Source of the DNA: Convolutriloba macropyga
Lineage: Eukaryota
Assembly (NCBI RefSeq): GCF_964194025.1
Contig: NC_134472.1
Location: 67,456,001-67,520,000 of the forward strand
Direction: 5' to 3'
Length of the DNA: 64,000 nt
The notes under the pieces were generated by a model. The model was not told the origin of the DNA. It searched no databases and was given only the letters and a program-made list of their open reading frames with translations. The stretch's first letter is position 1. Every line of letters begins with the position of its first letter. A program made the position numbers and the translations under genes. This document shows positions 11,585 through 22,031 of the stretch, piece by piece.

Positions 11585-14500
11585 TTATGAGATTTGTTTC
11601 GGCTTCAAACAGATAAAGTCAGTAATATAGTCGCCGGCGAATTCGTCCTTGTATTTGAGGACGACTCTTTTGTTAGAGGTATCGTAAAGAAAGTGATTGG
11701 GTGGGTAATTTGAGAAATCAAAATGACTTAATACTGACTGAGGCTTCTGCGATAACTCTGTATAAAAATCTTCGCTTTTTATCGCATAAAGGAGACTATC
11801 TGTATCGCTGTAAAGAAGGCGACAATTAAAGTTGGGGCGCATGACATTGTAATGGAATGAGTACATGTGGAATTTTGCAAGATCTAATATAGTCGCTCCC
11901 ACAATAGTGGGAGTGTTCCAATAAATGGACTTCGGCCGTGTGGTCAAGGCTGCTAAATTCTCCCCAAAGATCATATAGCGATCAAACTCAAATCTGGATA
12001 TTATCTTCAGCGCATGCTCGGCATCTCGTGAGATTGTTATTTTACTTCTGCGTGTTTTCGATTCGCAGTTTTTACTATAAACTGCATTATTCATCAGTTT
12101 ATAAAAGTTCTCTTCAAACTTGTTTGACGCAACTTGCCGCTTTTCACTATTTAGTGTAATGTATGGCGACAGCCAGTTTTCTTGTCGAAATTGAAGCACT
12201 CTGTGAACTTTCCTGATTACCAAGCCGAGTTGGACATAGAGTTTCAGCAGTTTGTAGTGGAGCACGTATCTCTCTTTATCAAAGAACGTTTGCAGGAGTT
12301 TCTTTACTTTGGAAGATGGGAGATTGTGTTGTTCTTTTAATTCGATCTGGTAATCGCTCAACCACTCATCTTCAACCACGTCTTTTGTGGGCGCCAACGG
12401 AAAATCGCGATGCTCATCATGAAGGCTCGGCGGGTAAGAGATATCGACCTCTACAAAGTATCCAATGCTAACGTCATCGGCGGTGTCCAAAATCTCTTGA
12501 AGTTGAATATCTGCGTTGAACGCAAAGTCGGCGAGCGGTAGTTTCTCTAATTGCATTACGCCACCATAAAGGTTATTAGCGTCGACACAGAAACCAAAAC
12601 AGGATTCCTCCGTGCTATCGTGGTTGGGAATATAGGAGTTATTTGCAGTGAAGCGCCGACTTTCAAAGACAGATGTGACTCCACCGCGAATTGCGGGTTC
12701 AATCATGTCCAAGTGTTCGCGCTCAGTCAGTAACTCGACATTGGCTTTGCAGATTCTAAGTGATGCTTCTTTAGCCATATTGGGTAGAGTGAAGAAGTGC
12801 ATACAGGTCAGTTTATACGTATCGAAACTCAACTGTCGATGGAATTCGCAAACACATGCGAGTAGTGCACAGTCGAGCTTCAAGTATGAGTCATGATAAT
12901 CCTGCAGTGTTCCACATTCCAGAATTTCCCACATCCTGCGTGCATGTTGTAAATTAGTCTCCGTTACCTTCACTGCCCCTCCGTCCAGAGTGTTACCCCA
13001 CTTGCTCAGTGGTGGGAGACTGGTGTCACTGAACTTGGACCGACCAGTCACATAAGAGTAAGGGTAGTAGCTTTTCTGTTTAAGTAGCTGAAGGTTAGCA
13101 TCAGATAATGTAGAAAACATTGCCCTCATTATTTCGAAACGGTCATCGGGTAAAATTTCAACAAGTTTCTCTAAAGAACTGTTCATCATCTTGAAGGAGT
13201 CTATGAATCGAAGATATTCATAAACTTTCACTGTTTTTCCCTTTTCCGTTACGAAAGTGTCAATAAGCACACCAAATGTCATTGATATGTATTTTTCGTT
13301 GGTGGCTGGTATGATGCTGATGGTTGTGGTTGGCTCGCAGTTTTTCAGTGCCAAGCAAATGTGATGTAAGTCATAATTTTGAATATTATGACCTACAACA
13401 GGGGTGAAATTGATATTTCGTCTCAAGCGATTGCATTTCTCATGTGCCCATCCCAAGAATTTACCACTGTAGTGGCAATGGTCCAGGTCAATTGTGTTCT
13501 CTGGATCTTCCGTTTCTGAAAACGATTTTTCACAAATCCAACAGTGCGTAGCGTTAGACTTTCCCAAGTTTCGTCTATCGCTTTTGAAGAAAGGGTGCTT
13601 CCTTTTCTGCTGATAAATATCTCTGGCTAGTTTGTGAAGCATTTTGACAAAATTTGTCATGCAAGCAGGAGAACTGTCTACATGATGAAAGATTGGCTTT
13701 GATGAGTGGTGATCTATCACTGTTAGCGCAAAGCCACACGGTTCATGTATCTCCTTGACCTGTGTAAAGGCTTTATCACTTGGTCCCTTGCAAGAAGACA
13801 CGGGTCGTAAGAAAGACTCGAAGTCAAAATAGATAACAAGATGGACAAACCATGTAGCAGCCAAGTTCGTGAATTTGTATGAGTTGTTCTCACTTGAAGG
13901 CATATGAATAACAGCAGGTGCATTTTTGCAACAGTTATTGAGATGTAGGTTGTAACTTTCAAGTCCTTCTCGACAAATCCAAAAACAGTTTCGACAAATT
14001 TTGTAGGAGAATCTGTAATCAAGTCCTGGCACGTAGCAAACAACCTTCACCAGGTTTGTAATGAGGACGTAGTGATGACGGCCACAGTCGTACAGCAAAA
14101 GTGAATCCATTACAAAATCTGAGCTGTATGACGAAATTTTTAGAGGGAAAAACTGGCCTTTGTCGCATCCAAACACGTTTAACTGAACGTTGTTGAGTGT
14201 TACAAATTGAGGAATGTCTGCAAAGCCCATGGGCATAGTAAGATTGCCCAGAGGTTGATGCAGTCCTGGTTGATTATATGTAGTTGGTGAAGTTTTGTCG
14301 GTTTGATAGTTTCGATCAATTCTATCTAAACTTATCTGATGATACATTTGATAAGCGGCCACAAAACAATACCTGAAGCAATCTCGATCTTCGTGGTTCC
14401 TAACGTTGAGCAATCCTCTGCAGTTGGCAATTTTTGACGGCAACGCGATGTATGATGAACCAAGAATTGGTCTGAAACGTGCGAATTTGACGTCAACTTT

Positions 14501-14785
14501 GAGAACTTTTTCGAGTGTCCAACCACTCCCCAATGAGTTGAATGTTGTCAATACGCTCATCATCTTCTCCACCATTTGCCAATACGCTTCATCCGACAGT
14601 CCGTTTGCATAGACAGGAGTCATCAGAGAGTTTGCGTATATTTCAAAACGGTCATCTTCTGGCATATCTGGCTCATCATGCACAACTTTGACAAGCCGCA
14701 ATTTTGCACACAGTTGAACTTTTTGAGGACCCTGGGTCAACTGCTCACTTATTAGAGTGTCTATTTTGGGTTTTTGTATCCGCAT
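11585..14785 (-). CDS. Protein-primed family B DNA polymerase (pPolB), main body, 1066 aa
   Basis: GSGW and GSSYI.LP N-terminal motifs; exonuclease motifs YFDFES and HNIQNYD; endonuclease VII-like insert CWIC...DHCHYSGKFLGWAHEKCN; RFIDSFKMM; polymerase motifs DANNLYG, KLMNNAVYSK and YSDTDS. Confidence 0.97.
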   Translation of the reverse strand: MRIQKPKIDTLISEQLTQGPQKVQLCAKLRLVKVVHDEPDMPEDDRFEIYANSLMTPVYANGLSDEAYWQMVEKMMSVLTTFNSLGSGWTLEKVLKVDVKFARFRPILGSSYIALPSKIANCRGLLNVRNHEDRDCFRYCFVAAYQMYHQISLDRIDRNYQTDKTSPTTYNQPGLHQPLGNLTMPMGFADIPQFVTLNNVQLNVFGCDKGQFFPLKISSYSSDFVMDSLLLYDCGRHHYVLITNLVKVVCYVPGLDYRFSYKICRNCFWICREGLESYNLHLNNCCKNAPAVIHMPSSENNSYKFTNLAATWFVHLVIYFDFESFLRPVSSCKGPSDKAFTQVKEIHEPCGFALTVIDHHSSKPIFHHVDSSPACMTNFVKMLHKLARDIYQQKRKHPFFKSDRRNLGKSNATHCWICEKSFSETEDPENTIDLDHCHYSGKFLGWAHEKCNRLRRNINFTPVVGHNIQNYDLHHICLALKNCEPTTTISIIPATNEKYISMTFGVLIDTFVTEKGKTVKVYEYLRFIDSFKMMNSSLEKLVEILPDDRFEIMRAMFSTLSDANLQLLKQKSYYPYSYVTGRSKFSDTSLPPLSKWGNTLDGGAVKVTETNLQHARRMWEILECGTLQDYHDSYLKLDCALLACVCEFHRQLSFDTYKLTCMHFFTLPNMAKEASLRICKANVELLTEREHLDMIEPAIRGGVTSVFESRRFTANNSYIPNHDSTEESCFGFCVDANNLYGGVMQLEKLPLADFAFNADIQLQEILDTADDVSIGYFVEVDISYPPSLHDEHRDFPLAPTKDVVEDEWLSDYQIELKEQHNLPSSKVKKLLQTFFDKERYVLHYKLLKLYVQLGLVIRKVHRVLQFRQENWLSPYITLNSEKRQVASNKFEENFYKLMNNAVYSKNCESKTRRSKITISRDAEHALKIISRFEFDRYMIFGENLAALTTRPKSIYWNTPTIVGATILDLAKFHMYSFHYNVMRPNFNCRLLYSDTDSLLYAIKSEDFYTELSQKPQSVLSHFDFSNYPPNHFLYDTSNKRVVLKYKDEFAGDYITDFICLKPKQIS

Positions 14786-15165
14786 AAATTTTCGAGATCA
14801 TTGGACTCTTCGGCCGCTGTTGACTCGAACGATCTCAGTACTCCATGGAATGCACTTTCCAACGGAGTGTCTCGAGGCTGAATTTGTTCACCTAGGACGG
14901 GTAAGTGATAAACGGAAGTCATATGATGTACGTAAAGATGGCAATCGTTGAATCCGAGTAGGCAGTTTTGACAGCAATTGGTGAATCGTTGGTGTGCAGT
15001 TTTCATGTGTTCTTCGAGCAAAGAAATCTTCCGACAAGTAAATTCGCATAATGAGCATTGATATACGGGTAAACCAATCTCATCAGGATGGAATTTATGC
15101 TCATGCCTGGAGCGATTTCCTTTTGTACTCAGAATAGAATCACAATAACGACACTTGAAACCCAT
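14761..15165 (-). CDS. C2H2 zinc-finger ORF; likely N-terminus of pPolB in a shifted frame
   Basis: CRYC..HEHKFH, CSLC..HMKTAH and CQNC..HMTSVYH, then ESAFHGVLRSF. Overlaps the pPolB ORF, which is in the -1 frame. Confidence 0.8.
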   Translation of the reverse strand: MGFKCRYCDSILSTKGNRSRHEHKFHPDEIGLPVYQCSLCEFTCRKISLLEEHMKTAHQRFTNCCQNCLLGFNDCHLYVHHMTSVYHLPVLGEQIQPRDTPLESAFHGVLRSFESTAAEESNDLENLCGYKNPK

Positions 15166-15558
15166 TTTTGAATTGTCTAACTTTAGTAAGAACGAATTGT
15201 TAAACTCGAGTACGAACAGTTGAGCTAGAGAAACGAATGAACAAGAAATGGCTTCTCGGGTTTACAGTATTAGAGACTACAGTACTGCATAGACGCCAAA
15301 TTCGAAGTTTTGAAATGCTGTTTTCTGATTGGTCGGTTTTGGCGCATACCTTTATTTCGAAATTTTGTTAATTTTGAGAGAAAAAAGATTTGTTTTCAAC
15401 TCTCCATTGCTTTTGTATGCCAAAATATACCACCACAGGGAACCCTACCGAGTATTGCTGATCATCGTTTGTGTCAAAAAACTTTTTTTGAAAACCTGGA
15501 AAAACATGCTAATATTCAAAATTGTAATAAAAAGCGCTATTTTAAACATTTTCAATTA

Positions 15559-18500
15559 CTATTTTATTTCTGCGTCTTTTCGATTCGCAGTTTTTACCAT
15601 AAACTGCATTTTTCATCAGTTTATAAAAGTTCTCTTCAAACTTGTTTGACGCAACTTGCCGCTTTTCACTATTTAGTGTAATGTATGGCGACAGCCAGTT
15701 TTCTTGTCGAAATTGAAGCACTCTGTGAACTTTCCTGATTACCAAGCCGAGTTGGACATAGAGTTTCAGCAGTTTGTAGTGGAGCACGTATCTCTCTTTA
15801 TCAAAGAACGTTTGCAGGAGTTTCTTTACTTTGGAAGACGGGAGATTGTGTTGTTCTTTTAATTCGATCTGGTAATCGCTCAACCACTCATCTTCAACCA
15901 CGTCTTTTGTGGGCGCCAACGGAAAATCGCGATGCTCATCATGAAGGCTCGGCGGGTAAGAGATATCGACCTCTACAAAGTATCCAATGCTAGCGTCATC
16001 GGCGGTGTCCAAAATCTCTTGAAGTTGAATATCTGCGTTGAACGCAAAGTCGGCGAGCGGTAGTTTCTCTAATTGCATTACGCCACCATAAAGGTTATTA
16101 GCGTCGACACAGAAACCAAAACAGGATTCCTCCGTGCTATCGTGGTTGGGAATATAGGAGTTATTTGCAGTGAAGCGCCGACTTTCAAAGACAGATGTGA
16201 CTCCACCGCGAATTGCGGGTTCAATCATGTCCAAGTGTTCGCGCTCAGTCAGTAACTCGACATTGGCTTTGCAGATTCTAAGTGATGCTTCTTTAGCCAT
16301 ATTGGGTAGAGTGAAGAAGTGCATACAGTCCAGTTTATACGTATCGAAACTCAACTGTCAATGGAATTCGCAAACACATGCGAGTAGTGCACAGTCGAGC
16401 TTCAAGTATGAGTCATGATAATCCTGCAGTGTTCCACATTCCAGAATTTCCCACATCCTGCGTGCATGTTGTAAATTAGTCTCCGTTACCTTCACTGCCC
16501 CTCCGTCCAGAGTGTTACCCCACTTGCTCAGTGGTGGGAGACTGGTGTCACTGTACTTGGACCGACCAGTCACATAAGAGTAAGGGTAGTAGCCTTTCTG
16601 TTTAAGTAGCTGAAGGTTAGCATCAGATAATGTAGAAAACATTGCCCTCATTATTGCCCCCATTAGAAAACATTGCCCCCAAGAATTTACCACTGTAGTG
16701 GCAATGGTCCAGGTCAATTGTGTTCTCTGGATCTTCCGTTTCTGAAAACGATTTTTCACAAATCCAACAGTGCGTAGCGTTAGACTTTCCCAAGTTTCGT
16801 CTATCGCCTTTGAAGAAAGGGTGCTTGCTTTTCTGCTGATAAATATCTCTGGCTAGTTTGTGAAGCATTTTGACAAAATTTGTCATGCAAGCAGGAGAAC
16901 TGTCTACATGATGAAAGATTGGCTTTGATGAGTGGTGATCTATCATTGTTAGCGCAAAGCCACACGGTTCATGTATCTCCTTGACCTGTGTAAAGGCTTT
17001 ATCACTTGGTCCCTTGCAAGAAGACACGGGTCGTAAGAAAGACTCGAAGTCAAAATAGATAACAAGAGGGACAAACCATGTAGCAGCCAAGTTCGTGAAT
17101 TTGTATGAGTTGTTCTCACTTGAAGGCATATGAATAACAGCAGGTGCATTTTTGCAACAATTATTGAGATGTAGGTTGTAACTTTCAAGTCCTTCTCCAC
17201 AAATCTAAAAACAGTTTCGACAAATTTTGTAGGAGAATCTGTAATCAAGTCCTGGCACGTAGCAAACAACCTTCACCAGGTTTGTAATGAGGACGTAGTG
17301 ATGACGGCCACAGTCGTACAGCAAAAGTAAATCCATTACAAAATCTGAGCTGTATGACAAAAATTTTAGAGGGAAAAACTGGCCGTTGTCGTATCCAAAC
17401 ACGTTTAACTGAACGTTGTTTAGTGTTACAAATTGAGGAATGTCTGCAAAGCCCATGGGCATAGTAAAATTGCCCAGAGGTTGATGCAGTCCTGGTTGAT
17501 TGTCTGTAGTTGGTGAAGTTTTGTCGGTTTGATAGTTTCGATCAATTCTATCTAAACTTACGATGATACATGTGATAAGCGGCCACAAAACAATAGCTGA
17601 AGCAATCTCGATCTTCGTGGTTCCTAACGTTGAGCAATCCTCTGCAGTTGGCAATTTTTGACGGCAACGCGATGTATGATGAACCAAGAATTGGTCTGAA
17701 ACGTGCGAATTTGACGTCAACTTTGAGAAATTTTTCGAGTGTCCAACCACTCCCCAAAGAGTTGAATGTTGTCAATACGCTCATCATCTTCTCCACCATT
17801 TGCCAATACGCTTCATCCGACAGTCCGTTTGCATAGACAGGAGTCATCAGAGAGTTTGCGTATATTTCAAAACGGTCATCTTCTGGCATATCTGGCTCAT
17901 CATGCACAACTTTGACAAGCCGCAATTTTGCACACAGTTGAACTTTTTGAGGACCCTGGGTCAACTGCTCACTTATTAGAGTGTCTATTTTGGGTTTTTG
18001 TATCCGCATAAATTTTCGAGATCATTGGACTCTTCGGCCGCTGTTGACTCGAACGATCTCAGTACTCCATGGAATGCACTTTCCAACGGAGTGTCTCGAG
18101 GCTGAATTTGTTCACCTAGGACGGGTAAGTGATAAACGGAAGTCATATGATGTACGTAAAGATGGCAATCGTTGAATCCGAGTAGGCAGTTTTGACAGCA
18201 ATTGGTGAATCGTTGGTGTGCAGTTTTCATGTGTTCTTCGAGCAAAGAAATCTTCCGACAAGTAAATTCGCATAATGAGCATTGATATACGGGTAAACCA
18301 ATCTCATCAGGATGGAATTTATGCTCATGCCTGGAGCGATTTCCTTTTGTACTCAGAATAGAATCACAATAACGATACTGGAAACCCATTTTTGAATTGT
18401 CTAACTTTAGTAAGAACGAATTGTTAAACTCGAGTACGAACAGTTGAGCTAGAGAAACGAATGAACAAGAAATGGCTTCTCGGGTTTACAGTATTAGAGA

Positions 18501-18783
18501 TTACAGTACTGCATAGATGCCAAATTCGAAGTTTTGAAATGCTGTTTTCTGATTGGTCGGTTTTGGCGCATACCTTTATTTCGAAATTTTGTTAATTTTA
18601 AGAGAAAAAAGATGTGTTTTCAACTCTCCATTGCTTTCGTATGCCAAAATATACCACCACAGGGAACCCTACCGAGTATTGCTGATCATCGTTTGTGTCA
18701 AAAAACTTTTTTTGAGAACCTGAAAAAACATGCTTATATTCAAAATTGTAATAAAAAGCGCTATTTTATGCATTTTCAATTAC
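15559..18783 (-). pseudogene. Second, tandemly duplicated and 3'-truncated copy of ZnF-pPolB with its upstream region
   Basis: Near-identical to 12038-15558. Fragments at 17985-18389, 17548-18009, 17205-17750, 16623-17129, 16358-16759 and 15542-16354. Has a ~320-bp internal deletion near 16655 and ends just after NAVYGKNCES. Confidence 0.95.
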
Positions 18784-20097
18784 GGATGGTTAGAGTTGTC
18801 CTACGTTCTTAAGTGTGATGAGCAAAAATGCTCCCCGTGCCGAAAAACATAGGACCCATATAAAAAAATTGCTCAAAAATAAACAGAAAAAAAGTTTGTT
18901 TTTCTGTCAATCAAGTCTTTAATTAACAATTACATGACAATTACATGACATAAACATGTGTCTTTTTTCTGAGGCCTTTTTTGATGACAGCTGTTATGAG
19001 ATAAATTTACACTGAGGGCCCAATAAGTCCAAAAATTTAAAGAAAACCGATCTAACATCTTTCCTTAGGGTACTTCATATGCTAATTAATGCCAGATGTT
19101 AATGTGACATTAATTGCCAGATGTTTCGAAAATCGATGAAGGAGCCGTTTTTTGATGATGATGCTTATGACCAATAATGTCGGGCATCAAGCAGTGAGTA
19201 CAAAACCGTTGCAAAAATTTGAATTTTTTTTCAGTAATTAGTAATTAGGTTAATTAGCCCTTAATTAGTCGCTAATTAGAGGCTAATTATCTCCATAACG
19301 GATGAGTAAAATTTGACGAGTGTGATGAGATGTTTTGTACTTTTGAGTATGCTGAGTCTTACTGAACAATCAGTTTCATCCCAAGTATTTTTGGAACCTT
19401 CTTTTTTGGGGTCAAAAATAAGAGGTCATGTGTTAAAAAAATTTTTTTTTTTGATTTTTTTTCGTTTTTTTTAAACTAACATGCTCTTTTTTTTCAATTG
19501 ATCCCCAAGTAACAAATGAGAGTTGATTCTAGTGTAAGCTGAAGAGGGCATCTACTGAATTAAGTGTCAAAATTTGACGTTTGAAATGCATTTTTGCGAA
19601 ATATTTTCTTTGATTATTTTTTATTTTTTGAACAGTTCTTCGACTTATGAATTGAATTTGGAATTCAATCCATGCTACAGCTGTGGCATTGAGTTAACAT
19701 GTCATTAGCGTCAATACCGCATACTCTCACATATGGCTATTTCTCTAAACTTTATGTTTAATATATATAATAATAACAAAAATTTTGCAGATTGGGAAAA
19801 GTATTTCTGGATATAATATTGAAAAATCTCACCACGTCATAGTAGTTGTAATAATTGATTGTTTGTTAGGAAACAAATGTTTACGTCATAATGAAAATCT
19901 TTTCTGATCATGTTCGAACTTGATCAGTAGCAATGTTTTAATTTCTTTGACTCAGCAGATTTAAAGCTATAAAACAGATTTAAAAAGTTAAATTCAGCTT
20001 TTAAAAAGTTGAAATCACACATTCTTGAAACAAAATCATTTTAGCATCTCACTTTATAAAAGAGTTTTGTGGTGATCCAATAAGTTTAGTTTTCAAG

Positions 20098-20793
20098 TTA
20101 ATCAAATAACTCCATTAGAGTATTCTCAGGTAGCCGTTTCTTTGTTGCATTGCAAATCTTTGGCGTGTCTGTGACACCAAAAACACATGCTGGTTCTGGT
20201 GTTTGAAATTGTGTAGCTGACAGTAACGTTGTATCAAACTGGTTGTCACTGAACAGAGCCGTAGAATTGTTCTTGTGAATTCCCGCAAAGAGAGATGGAC
20301 TAGATGTCGGTGTCAAACTGGGACTCGGATCAACTGCTGGTGTTACTGGCAAGCTGGCTGAATCCAATTGCGATTGATTTTCTGGGGAGCAAGGTGATGA
20401 CTTTATGCCCCACATGTCAGCTAAGTTTTCGCAAGCCTGATAAGCCCCTAGCTGGTTTTCAAACAGAGGCACACATTCGCAATCGTAACGAAACAAAATT
20501 CGTTTAACGTCGTCAGGTAATGACTCCATGCCAAGACGTTGAAATGCTGGCGAAGTTTTTGGAGGTAAATGTCCTCCTGATGTAATAAGACTGCAATCTG
20601 CTGGTTCTGTCTTCTCTGGTAAAGAAGCAATTGCGTTAATGAAAAACTTGGGTATCAAGCAGTGCTGGTAAGTTTGCCAAACATCGCCTTGTCTTTTCTG
20701 TTGAATAAGCACAACAAAGTTTTCGAACACTGTCTGATAAACCAATGTTCGCTCCAAGGAAATTACAGATTCAGCAAGTATTTGAACGGACAT
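20098..20793 (-). CDS. Polinton accessory protein of unknown function with S/P/T-rich C-terminus
   Basis: Uninterrupted ORF (to 20889 from a non-ATG start; first ATG gives MSVQIL...) in AT-rich DNA. No motif recognised. Confidence 0.6.
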   Translation of the reverse strand: MSVQILAESVISLERTLVYQTVFENFVVLIQQKRQGDVWQTYQHCLIPKFFINAIASLPEKTEPADCSLITSGGHLPPKTSPAFQRLGMESLPDDVKRILFRYDCECVPLFENQLGAYQACENLADMWGIKSSPCSPENQSQLDSASLPVTPAVDPSPSLTPTSSPSLFAGIHKNNSTALFSDNQFDTTLLSATQFQTPEPACVFGVTDTPKICNATKKRLPENTLMELFD

Positions 20794-21191
20794 ATTTTTT
20801 GTACAAATTTTGAGAAAGAAATTAAAACCAATTTGATAGAAGACTGTTGGTAGGTGTTTGTCTGGTAACGAACTGTTGAAAGAAAGCAAAGTGCACTGAA
20901 CGCAAGGTTTAAAGAAAATGAATAACTATTTTTAAAGTAATATTGCACAACGTGTAATTCAACAAATTATATCTGGGGTCAAATATGGTTTTAATTTTGG
21001 TAGTGTATGTGCTCTGATATATGCTCTAAATTTTGTTATTATACATGGGTCGATACACTTTATAATGTGTACTAACTCAGTTCTTATCCAGAGCGTATTT
21101 TATTATTAGCATTTCATTGTACGCTGGTGCATGTTTATTCTTATCAGAATATCATTACTGCTGTAGGTTCACTTGTGCTTCTAATTATATC

Positions 21192-21492
21192 ACACACCCA
21201 GGGTCACATCTGTTCCAAGTTATAAACATATGGTCCGCATATAATTCCAATAAACAGTGTACACTGCACTGCTGGTCCAAATACACACCTAGGGTCACAT
21301 CTGTTTTCTCTATAGAACCAAAACATGTGGTCCGCATATAATATCAATAAACAGTGTACACTGCACTGCTTGTTCAAATACCCACCCAGGGTGGGTCACA
21401 TTTGTGTTCTCAAAACATATGGTACGCATATAATTCCAATAAAAAGTGTACAGTGCACTGCTCGGTCCAAGTACACACCTAGGTTCACATAT
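21192..21492. repeat. About 3.3 tandem copies of a ~93-bp unit in the divergent intergenic region
   Basis: Unit acacacc(c/t)agggtcacat...catatggtccgcatataattccaataaacagtgtacactgcactgct..tccaaat starts near 21192, 21283, 21380 and 21473. Confidence 0.9.
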
Positions 21493-21551
21493 GTTTTTTT
21501 GTCTTATCTAAGGTCACAGCTGAAATTAATTATGCAATATGTGAACAACAG

Positions 21552-21588
21552 ACAGACTCAAGTACGCCATAGGCGTACTTGAGCCTGT
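21552..21588. other. Stem-loop/palindrome (17-bp arms with one mismatch, 3-nt loop)
   Basis: acagactcaagtacgcc-ata-ggcgtacttgagcctgt. Confidence 0.9.
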
Positions 21589-21713
21589 ATTCACAAATCA
21601 TTTGGATTTAATTAGGCAATTTGACGACACTTGTTTAAACCCAACTTGCCGCCCCATTGAGTTGGAGTTTTACACATTATAACACTTGAAAGTAATAAAA
21701 CAAGTTGCACACT

Positions 21714-22031
21714 ATGCCTTTCACGTCCACTAAAGACACAGAGTTTGGAGATTGTTATTTCGATATTTCCAAAACTGATAAGCGCTTAATCAGAGCAACG
21801 CTGAAAACCTATGAAAGGACAGGGACATATGTATTTCTGAAATTGTTCAAAAAAGCAACAGACGATTACGAGTTTGAACAGAGAATTTCTCTAACTCTTG
21901 GAGAGTTTGAAAATTTGGTCAGCTCAGCTAGCTAAATACAGAACTCAGTGGCTGACCAGCTGTCAACAACAAAACCACCACTAGCGAAGAAACCAAAAAT
22001 TCAAAAAGAAGTTGCCAACAACGATGGTTGA
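21714..22031 (+). pseudogene. PC4/p15-like single-stranded DNA-binding protein with an in-frame stop at 21933-21935
   Basis: The pattern YFDIS....RLIRATLKTY..TGTYVFLKLFKK....QRISLTLGEFENL resembles the PC4 fold. The same frame continues past the TAA to an NLS-like PPLAKKPK. Confidence 0.55.

Noticed and set aside
11938-18175. Many short plus-strand ORFs, several appearing twice
   Set aside because: Antisense shadows of pPolB. They repeat only because the region is duplicated.
21192-21492. Possible CRISPR-like array
   Set aside because: Units are homologous along their whole length, with no unique spacers and no cas genes, in a eukaryotic context.
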